Source: an uncultured Bacteroidaceae bacterium
Lineage (GTDB): Bacteria > Bacteroidota > Bacteroidia > Bacteroidales > Bacteroidaceae
Direction of reading: 5' to 3'
DNA: 64,000 bases
Assembly (NCBI GenBank): GCA_964423665.1
Contig: CAYRFX010000002.1
Location: forward strand, 4,245 to 68,244
Positions 57,142 through 64,000 of this stretch are shown piece after piece (within the stretch, counting starts at the first letter, position 1; every line of letters starts with the position of its first letter). The notes under the pieces are model-generated. The model saw only the letters and a list, made by a program, of their open reading frames with translations. It was not told the origin of the DNA and ran no database searches. The position numbers and the translations under genes are program-made.

Positions 57142-58692
57142 ATGGCATATAAACTTCTATGGGCAGATGATGAAATTGAGCTTTTGAGTGCCCACATTAT
57201 ATTTTTGCAATCAAAGGACTACGAGGTTGTAAAGGTTACAAACGGGCACGATGCAATTGAGGAGTGCAAACGAGGAGCCTTTGACCTCATTCTCCTTGAT
57301 GAGAATATGCCCGGGCTCACAGGATTGGAGACTTTGTTGCAGATTAAGGATATAACCCCCACAACACCTGTTGTAATGGTAACAAAGAGTGAGGAAGAGG
57401 ATATCATGGAACAGGCCATTGGCTCAAAGATTGCCGACTACCTCATAAAGCCCGTAAACCCGAGCCAGATACTGCTTACACTGAAAAAGAACATACACAA
57501 GGAGGAGATTGTGGCTGAAAAGGCAAACAGCGCCTACCAACAGAATTTCGGCAAGCTTGCCATGCAGATAAGCGATGCACGCTCCATTGACGACTGGAAG
57601 GAGGTTTACAGGAAGATTGTGTATTGGGAGCTGGAACTGGAAAATGCCGACAGCCAGATGCGCGAGATGCTGAAAGCACAGAAGGAGGAGGCTAACAACA
57701 TGTTTGGCAGATTTGTGAAGAAAAACTACATGGAGTGGATGGGTGCCGAACGCGATGAACGCCCGATGATGAGCCACGACATATTCCGCGAGTGCATCTT
57801 TCCGTTGCTCGACAACAAGGAAAAGGTGTTCTTCATCATTATAGACAATTTCAGATATGACCAGTGGCGTGTGCTTGCCAATGAGATTGGTGGAGATTTC
57901 AATATTGATGAGGGGTTATATACAAGCATTCTTCCAACGGCTACACAATATGCACGCAACGCCATCTTTTCGGGGTTGTTGCCTTTGCAGATAAAAGAGA
58001 TGTTCCCCGCATTGTGGGTTGATGAGGAGGAAGATGAGGGAAAGAACTTAAACGAAGAGGCACTCATTGAGACGCAGATTACACGCTACCGCAGGAAGGA
58101 TACCTTCTCGTACGGCAAGGTAGTAACATCTGCCGCTGCAGAGAAATATCTCGATACGCTGCATAATCTATCGAAGAACGATATAAACGTGCTTGTGATA
58201 AACTTTATCGACATGCTTTCACATGCACGCACAGAGTCGCTCATGGTGCGCGAACTTGCATCGGACGAAGCTGCATACCGCTCAATAACGCTATCATGGA
58301 TTCGTCACTCGGCAATAAAGAGATTATTCAAGGCTCTTGCCGAGAATGGATATACGGTGATAATAACTACCGACCACGGAAGTATTCAGGTGGATACCCC
58401 CACAAAGGTTATTGGTGACAAGAATACAAACACCAACCTGCGCTACAAACTGGGAAAGGCTCTCAATTACAACAGCAAGGAGGTCTTTGAGATTAAAGAA
58501 CCTGCAAAAGCATTTCTGCCTCAGCCCAATGTGAGCACCAGCTACATATTTGCAACAGGTGGTAACTTTTTTGCCTACCCCAATAACTACAACTACTATG
58601 TGCAGTACTACAAGGATACCTTCCAGCATGGCGGTATATCGCTTGAAGAGATGCTTGTACCCATTATTAAACTGAAACCAAAAGGCAAATAA
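57142..58692 (+). CDS. porX: Response regulator with a PglZ / alkaline-phosphatase-like output domain (PorX-type)
   Basis: Receiver domain LLWADDEIELL...DLILLDENMPGLTG...MVTKSEE...YLIKP, plus a C-terminal domain of about 380 aa with PglZ-like motifs (IIDNFRYDQW, INFIDMLSHA, ITTDHGS). Confidence 0.8.
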   Translation: MAYKLLWADDEIELLSAHIIFLQSKDYEVVKVTNGHDAIEECKRGAFDLILLDENMPGLTGLETLLQIKDITPTTPVVMVTKSEEEDIMEQAIGSKIADYLIKPVNPSQILLTLKKNIHKEEIVAEKANSAYQQNFGKLAMQISDARSIDDWKEVYRKIVYWELELENADSQMREMLKAQKEEANNMFGRFVKKNYMEWMGAERDERPMMSHDIFRECIFPLLDNKEKVFFIIIDNFRYDQWRVLANEIGGDFNIDEGLYTSILPTATQYARNAIFSGLLPLQIKEMFPALWVDEEEDEGKNLNEEALIETQITRYRRKDTFSYGKVVTSAAAEKYLDTLHNLSKNDINVLVINFIDMLSHARTESLMVRELASDEAAYRSITLSWIRHSAIKRLFKALAENGYTVIITTDHGSIQVDTPTKVIGDKNTNTNLRYKLGKALNYNSKEVFEIKEPAKAFLPQPNVSTSYIFATGGNFFAYPNNYNYYVQYYKDTFQHGGISLEEMLVPIIKLKPKGK

Positions 58693-58693
58693 G

Positions 58694-59128
58694 ATGAGCA
58701 AAGATATAATAATAAAGATTAACAACTTGGAAGATTACCCCGCAGCTGCACGAGAGTTTATCGCAGCAACGAAAGGGGAGCGCATTTTTGCCTTCTATGG
58801 TAACATGGGAAGCGGAAAAACCACACTCATTAAAAGCATCTGCGAGGAGATGGGAGTGAAAGATTGCATAAATTCCCCCACCTTTGCCATTGTAAATGAG
58901 TATGCAAGTGCAGAGCAGGAGACTATCTTCCATTTCGACTTTTACAGAATAAAATCAATAGCCGAGGTGTATAATATGGGCTACGAAGAGTACCTTTACA
59001 GCGATGCCTACTGTTTTATTGAGTGGCCCGAACTCATTGAAGAGCTATTGCCCGAAGAGACGGTAAAGGTGTGTATCACAGAAGAGGGAGACGGCTCCCG
59101 CACAATAAAGATTGAGAAAAACAATTAA
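58694..59128 (+). CDS. tsaE: tRNA t6A37 biosynthesis ATPase TsaE
   Basis: P-loop FYGNMGSGKTTLIK and SPTFAIVNEY...HFDFYR. Confidence 0.9.
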   Translation: MSKDIIIKINNLEDYPAAAREFIAATKGERIFAFYGNMGSGKTTLIKSICEEMGVKDCINSPTFAIVNEYASAEQETIFHFDFYRIKSIAEVYNMGYEEYLYSDAYCFIEWPELIEELLPEETVKVCITEEGDGSRTIKIEKNN

Positions 59129-59138
59129 CAGCTATAAT

Positions 59139-59465
59139 ATGAAAATAAACGCAAACGCATCGGGGACAAGAACCATTGAGGTTACCGAAGAACAGTTGCA
59201 AATAATAAGAAAATACTCTTTGCTCGACCGCATTACAAACAGCCTGGGCAAGGTTGATGAGGACTCACTCAACAAATTGCGCCTCACAGTGCGCGCACTG
59301 ATAGCATCGCAGCAGATGGACGCAAAAGAGTTGCTTGACCTGTGCACCGTTCTCTATGACGAGAATATGAAAGCACTGGGGCTTGCAAACCTCATGACAT
59401 GCTACAACAACTGGGTGCAACAACAACTTAATGAGCAACCGGCAGAAGAGGAGCACGATGCGTGA
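59139..59465 (+). CDS. Small hypothetical protein
   Basis: 108 aa from ATG 59139, with no recognisable motif. The sequence looks helical by eye. The 3' end overlaps the ygiQ start by 8 nt. Confidence 0.5.
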   Translation: MKINANASGTRTIEVTEEQLQIIRKYSLLDRITNSLGKVDEDSLNKLRLTVRALIASQQMDAKELLDLCTVLYDENMKALGLANLMTCYNNWVQQQLNEQPAEEEHDA

Positions 59466-61314
59466 GAGAAAAGTGAGCGACTGGCTGCCCACCACCCGCA
59501 AAGAGGCTGAAATGCGCGGGTGGGAGGAACTTGATGTGGTCATATTCAGCGGAGACGCATATATTGACCACCCTTCGTTCGGGGCGGCCGTCATAGGCAG
59601 AATTTTGGAGGCAGAGGGGCTGCGTGTGGCAATAGTACCACAGCCCAACTGGCAGGACGACTTGCGCGACTTTAAGAAGATGGGACGCCCAAGACTGTTT
59701 TTCGGAATATCGGCTGGCTGCATGGATTCAATGGTGAACAAATATACCGCAGCAAAAAGATTCCGCAGCGAAGATGCATACTCGCCCAATGGCAAGCACA
59801 GCATGCGCCCCGAGTATGCTACAACAGTATATTCCGCAGCTCTAAAAAAACTATTCCCCGACTCTGCAGTACTTATTGGGGGCATAGAGGCTTCCATGCG
59901 CCGTTTCACACATTACGACTATTGGCAGGACACTCTTAAAAAAAGTATTCTCATAGATAGCAAAGCCGACATTCTTGTATATGGCATGGGAGAGCAACCT
60001 ATCATAGCTCTTGCAAAAGCAATGAAACAAAAATTGCAGTGCGAGGGAGGTGACTATATTACAGCTGCACAGGCAAGGGATATTGCAAAAGCAACAAGAC
60101 AGACTGGTGTTCTTATACAAAAAGCCGATTTTACACCCAACACAGATGGCGACAAGGTGCTTGCTCCCCATAATATTTGCACACAAAACAAGGAAAAACA
60201 AGCCTCCAATTTCCTTGCAATAGAGAAAGAATCGAACAAGGTGAGTGCCAAAAGGCTCATACAGGAGTATGACGAGGGATTGGTTGTTATAAACCCACCT
60301 TTCCCTAAGATGACAACAGAGCAACTCGACCATAGTTTCGACCTGCCATACACCCGCCTACCCCACCCCAAATATAACGGGAAACGCATTCCGGCATACG
60401 ATATGATTAAGTTCTCGGTGAATATCCATCGTGGCTGTTTCGGAGGGTGCGCCTTCTGTACAATCTCGGCACATCAAGGAAAATTCATTGTAAACCGCAG
60501 CACTGAGAGTATCATGCGCGAGATTGAAGCTATAGCCTCCCTACCCGATTTCAAGGGTTATCTATCAGACCTTGGCGGACCGTCGGCAAACATGTATATG
60601 ATGCACGGCAACAATGAGCAACTATGCGCAAAATGTTCGCGACCATCGTGCATACAGCCAAAAATATGCCCCAATCTTAATATAGACCACACACACCTGC
60701 TCAACCTATATAAGAAGGTTGATGCTATGCCGCAAGTGAAGAAGAGTTTCATAGGCAGTGGAGTGAGATATGACATGTTGCTGCACAGAAGTGGTAACAA
60801 GGAGCGCGACGCAGCAAGCGACAGATACACCGAGGAACTGATACGCAACCATGTGAGCGGGCGTCTGAAGGTGGCTCCAGAGCACACTAACGATGCTGTA
60901 CTACGCCTTATGCGCAAACCATCATTCAAGCAATTTCACGACTTCAAGAGAATATTCGACAAGATAAACAGCCGCTACAATCTTAAACAGCAACTGATAC
61001 CATACTTCATAAGCAGCCACCCCGGCAGCACCGTTGAGAGCATGGCAGAGCTGGCAGCTGAGACCAAACAGCTGAATTTTCACTTGGAGCAGGTGCAGGA
61101 TTTTACTCCTACACCTATGACTATGGCTACTGAAATGTACTATACCGGCATAAACCCCGAAACAGGCGAGAAGGTGTACGTTGCACGTAACATGCGCGAC
61201 AAAGAGGGACAGAGAAAGTTCTTCTTCTGGTACAAACCCGAGGAGAGGAGAGAAATAATACAGGCCCTGCGTCGCCTGGGGCGCGCGGACCTGCTAAAGA
61301 AATTGGGGCTTTAA
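59458..61314 (+). CDS. ygiQ: YgiQ-family (UPF0313) radical SAM protein
   Basis: N-terminus LPTTRKEAEMRGWEELDVVIFSGDAYIDHPSFG and radical-SAM cluster motif CFGGCAFC. Confidence 0.88.
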   Translation: MRERKVSDWLPTTRKEAEMRGWEELDVVIFSGDAYIDHPSFGAAVIGRILEAEGLRVAIVPQPNWQDDLRDFKKMGRPRLFFGISAGCMDSMVNKYTAAKRFRSEDAYSPNGKHSMRPEYATTVYSAALKKLFPDSAVLIGGIEASMRRFTHYDYWQDTLKKSILIDSKADILVYGMGEQPIIALAKAMKQKLQCEGGDYITAAQARDIAKATRQTGVLIQKADFTPNTDGDKVLAPHNICTQNKEKQASNFLAIEKESNKVSAKRLIQEYDEGLVVINPPFPKMTTEQLDHSFDLPYTRLPHPKYNGKRIPAYDMIKFSVNIHRGCFGGCAFCTISAHQGKFIVNRSTESIMREIEAIASLPDFKGYLSDLGGPSANMYMMHGNNEQLCAKCSRPSCIQPKICPNLNIDHTHLLNLYKKVDAMPQVKKSFIGSGVRYDMLLHRSGNKERDAASDRYTEELIRNHVSGRLKVAPEHTNDAVLRLMRKPSFKQFHDFKRIFDKINSRYNLKQQLIPYFISSHPGSTVESMAELAAETKQLNFHLEQVQDFTPTPMTMATEMYYTGINPETGEKVYVARNMRDKEGQRKFFFWYKPEERREIIQALRRLGRADLLKKLGL

Positions 61315-61321
61315 CATGGGG

Positions 61322-61486
61322 TTACTCCTCAACGGGAGCAAACTCATCTTTTCCCACACCACACATGGGACATACCCAGTCATCGGGAAGATTCTCGAAT
61401 GCGGTTCCGGGCTCTATTCCCTGTTCGGGATCGCCAATAGCGGGGTCATACTCCCATTGGCATACTGTGCAATAATACTTTTTCAT
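61322..61486 (-). CDS. Rubredoxin
   Basis: 54 aa from ATG 61486: [15 protein letters not shown]...[15 protein letters not shown], with two CxxC pairs. Confidence 0.95.
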   Translation of the reverse strand: MKKYYCTVCQWEYDPAIGDPEQGIEPGTAFENLPDDWVCPMCGVGKDEFAPVEE

Positions 61487-61536
61487 AAAAACTGGTTTTC
61501 TATTATAACATTTTATTAATATCTTTTGTTGAAAGG

Positions 61537-61578
61537 AAATGCTAATTCTGCACACCAATGAGTGCAAAATTAGCATTT
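61537..61578 (-). terminator. Hairpin after the sirtuin gene
   Basis: A 17-bp stem with one mismatch (61537-61553 / 61562-61578) and an 8-nt loop, 45 nt downstream of the stop at 61623. Confidence 0.5.
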
Positions 61579-61622
61579 ATTTCTTTCTTGCAAAGAGGAA
61601 GGAATGATTTTTGTACTCCTAT

Positions 61623-62327
61623 CTAAAAACCAACAAGGTATTTATCTATCAAAGTGCGCATTCCCTCAGAGGCTCCTTTGCGTATGTGCACGACATTGGC
61701 AGGCAACACTGCTGCTACATCATTGGGATCTATCAAATAGATGGGAACACCTGCGGGAGCGTAATTCAAAAGCCCGGCGGCAGGATAGACATTGAGAGAG
61801 GTTCCTATTATGACAAATGCATCAATGCCACGCATTGCAGCAACAGCATCTTCCATGAGCGGAACAGACTCACCAAACCACACAATAAATGGACGTAACT
61901 GCGAGCCGTCGGCAGCGAGGTCGCCCATCTTTATTGTGGGCGCGGAGGCTTGCAGGGTGCGCACATAACGGAGATCATTGGGATTGCGCGAAGAGCACAC
62001 CTTCATAAGCTCGCCATGCAGGTGTATCACAGATGTGGAGCCTGCACGCTCGTGAAGGTCATCGACATTCTGTGTAACCACCGTAACATTATATTTCTCT
62101 TCAAGGGAAGCGACAAGTTTGTGCCCTTCATTGGGAACCACACCAAGGAGTTCTATGCGGCGTTTATTGTAAAATTCAAGAACAAGGGCGGGATTGGCAG
62201 CATATCCCTCGGGGGTGGCTACCTGCTCCACGGGATAATTGTCCCACAAGCCACCACCGCCACGGAATGTGGAGAGACCGCTCTCCACGCTCATTCCTGC
62301 ACCGGTCAGTATCACAATCCTTTTCAT
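61623..62327 (-). CDS. cobB: NAD-dependent protein deacylase (Sir2 family)
   Basis: LTGAGMSVESGLSTFRG, TQNVDDLHERAG and catalytic HLHG. Start at ATG 62327 (MKRIVILTGAG). Confidence 0.9.
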   Translation of the reverse strand: MKRIVILTGAGMSVESGLSTFRGGGGLWDNYPVEQVATPEGYAANPALVLEFYNKRRIELLGVVPNEGHKLVASLEEKYNVTVVTQNVDDLHERAGSTSVIHLHGELMKVCSSRNPNDLRYVRTLQASAPTIKMGDLAADGSQLRPFIVWFGESVPLMEDAVAAMRGIDAFVIIGTSLNVYPAAGLLNYAPAGVPIYLIDPNDVAAVLPANVVHIRKGASEGMRTLIDKYLVGF

Positions 62328-62358
62328 CACTTTATGCTTTATTATCATTATATAATAG

Positions 62359-62390
62359 AAACAGAGAGAAGCGCGTGCTTCTCTCTGTTT
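62359..62390 (-). terminator. Hairpin terminator after the SusD-like gene
   Basis: A perfect 14-bp stem (62359-62372 / 62377-62390) with a 4-nt loop, 11 nt downstream of the stop at 62401. Confidence 0.65.
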
Positions 62391-62400
62391 GATATTTTTT

Positions 62401-64000
62401 TTATTCACCCTCACCTTGCTCGGGAACAACAAGTGTTTGTTCCTCATCAACCGGTGTATCGTTTCCCTCTTCATCTACAGAGGGGGAATCGGGAGTTACA
62501 GTCTCCTCCTCGTCCACCTCGGGAATATAAGGAGCATCGGGAGTTACCGGAACGATTGTGGGAACAAGATAGTTATCGGGGAGAGGTATATACCAATTAT
62601 TCTTATCGCTGAGCTTGCTATACAATGCCGCATTCCAGCCCGATGCTGTCTCGGCACTACGCCAGTCTGCATCTGCCACATTGCGGGCAGCAACACGCTT
62701 AGCGAGGAAATCGGCATTGCCAAGAGCAGTTGCCATACGGGCAAGGTCGCCAAAACGATGACCTTCCCATGCCATCTCCAATGCCATCTCGTCTATAATC
62801 TTATCATACATGTATGCTACGCGGTCCTCATCAGTTACAACATACTTATCAACCTCAACGGGCTCGGTGTAGCCATACTCCCAAACCACATTGCCATTTT
62901 CATCAAGCTTGTATATTGTTTGTTCCTCATCTTCGTACACGGGAACCTGCTTGATTGACTTGTCATCATTGTAAATATAGTCCTGAACAGTGATTTTCAC
63001 TCCATCCTCGGGCAAGATATTGCGGTATTTTGCCACGATAGAGTCTGTGAGAGCATAATAGGGGTTAGACTCTGTGAAACCTGAACCACGAGAGTGGATA
63101 CCGCCGTTACCCGAGAATACATTGTCAGTAAAATCATATACAATGGGGTCATAATCGGACTTGACAACCTGATCCATAATGGGAGCAGTCTGCTGAATCT
63201 CCTGCGTCAAAGGCTCACCGGTCTCCTCATCTACAACGGGCTCACCGGTCTCCTCATCAAGCACAGGAACAGTCAATTTAATGGCTTTGCCTTCTGCGTC
63301 AAGCAAGGCTGCTGTGAGACCACGACCAATCTCATCTACGCGCTGTTCTTGTACAGTGTCGGGTTCCCAGTAGAGTTTGTACTCCTTCTTCACACCGCTT
63401 TTGAGCACTGTCATTGCAAGTTCCTTGGCACCTGTCCAGCCTTCACGCTCCAAGCCCATTAAAGCCTCGGCAAAGCGCAAATAAACATTTTCGGGACGGT
63501 CAAGAATGATGTTGTTTGTCTCGTAGTTAAATTGTCTTATTTGACGTTTGTTATCACTTAGGTAAACATCATTGGCGTTATTCAAATTGAACTTAAGAAT
63601 AATATTCTCATACAAGGTTTTATTAATATCAGTTTCATCTCTGCTCGCTGCAGTAGCCGAATAGAGACGAAGGTCTCCGGGCCACTTTTCACTCTTCACG
63701 ATATAATCGGTGAATGATGTCTCGGTTTTGTAATAACGATAGTTATATACTTGACGATTGGACAAGCCTATGATTGCGGGTGAAGCCACTACTTGATTCA
63801 AGCCTACACCGCCTGTGGGGGCAAATACATCGGCAAGCTGTGATGTCATACCGGTATTCTCGTTATCGGCATAGTGGATAATTGAAACCATATATTCATC
63901 GTTTGACGAAAGACTACTTCTTATAAAGCGATTGATAAAGCTTGTACTAGGCTCGGTGTTCTTATCATCAGGTTTCTCTGTATAGTGTTGAGAGATGTGC
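62401..64000 (-). CDS. SusD/RagB-family outer-membrane nutrient-binding lipoprotein; the 5' end lies beyond the window
   Basis: C-terminal SusD hallmarks IIDEMALEMAWEGHRFGDLARM and NNWYIPLPDN. The frame stays open upstream of the tracked Met to nt 64000 by my translation. It carries an unusual acidic tail (see findings). Confidence 0.75.
   Translation of the reverse strand, partial: HISQHYTEKPDDKNTEPSTSFINRFIRSSLSSNDEYMVSIIHYADNENTGMTSQLADVFAPTGGVGLNQVVASPAIIGLSNRQVYNYRYYKTETSFTDYIVKSEKWPGDLRLYSATAASRDETDINKTLYENIILKFNLNNANDVYLSDNKRQIRQFNYETNNIILDRPENVYLRFAEALMGLEREGWTGAKELAMTVLKSGVKKEYKLYWEPDTVQEQRVDEIGRGLTAALLDAEGKAIKLTVPVLDEETGEPVVDEETGEPLTQEIQQTAPIMDQVVKSDYDPIVYDFTDNVFSGNGGIHSRGSGFTESNPYYALTDSIVAKYRNILPEDGVKITVQDYIYNDDKSIKQVPVYEDEEQTIYKLDENGNVVWEYGYTEPVEVDKYVVTDEDRVAYMYDKIIDEMALEMAWEGHRFGDLARMATALGNADFLAKRVAARNVADADWRSAETASGWNAALYSKLSDKNNWYIPLPDNYLVPTIVPVTPDAPYIPEVDEEETVTPDSPSVDEEGNDTPVDEEQTLVVPEQGEGE
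63212..63258 (-). repeat. 27-nt in-frame tandem duplication inside the SusD-like gene
   Basis: An identical 20-mer ggctcaccggtctcctcatc occurs at 63212-63231 and 63239-63258. It encodes DEETGEPVV / DEETGEPLT. Confidence 0.85.

Noticed and set aside
1-64000. Scan for CRISPR arrays, rRNA, IS elements, prophage or conjugative genes
   Set aside because: I saw no regularly spaced direct repeats, no rRNA-like sequence, and no transposase, integrase, portal, terminase or relaxase-like translations on either strand.

Overview
This window looks like a chromosomal segment of a Bacteroidales bacterium. The evidence is TAnnTTTG-type -7 promoter boxes, T9SS C-terminal sorting domains, porW/porX, a SusD-like gene, a fused murF-alr, long-form IspG and meso-DAP dehydrogenase. 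No searches were run, so all calls rest on motifs read from the translations. I call 45 protein genes, two of them truncated by the window edges, plus one tRNA-Pro(GGG), many hairpin terminators and several candidate promoters. Most of the content is housekeeping: cysS, ispG, purE, fbp, rpoN, trkH/trkA/dxs, murF-alr, ddh, pnp, greA, pyrC, plsC, tsaE, ygiQ, rubredoxin and cobB. I saw no CRISPR array, rRNA, transposase or integrase. The best candidate for a distinct system is a compact two-gene cassette at 11.1-13.0 kb. It encodes a soluble ABC-type ATPase followed by a DUF4435/Toprim-like protein, which is the PARIS AriA/AriB-type architecture. It is the only plus-strand unit in the first 17.7 kb and sits between two housekeeping operons. 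The second theme is type IX secretion. Three large cargo genes carry T9SS C-terminal domains. The first is a BspA-type LRR protein ending in cohesin-like, dockerin and cohesin-like modules. The second combines three discoidin domains, a CotH kinase-like domain, a dockerin and a cohesin-like module. The third is a GH16 enzyme. porW and porX lie nearby, with a small Cys/His-rich membrane protein coupled to porW. Smaller observations include a frameshifted lipoprotein signal peptide in an A-tract, two long structured leader regions, a greA leader hairpin, a TlpA-like protein without CxxC, a sirtuin without zinc cysteines, and a SusD-like protein with an acidic tail.
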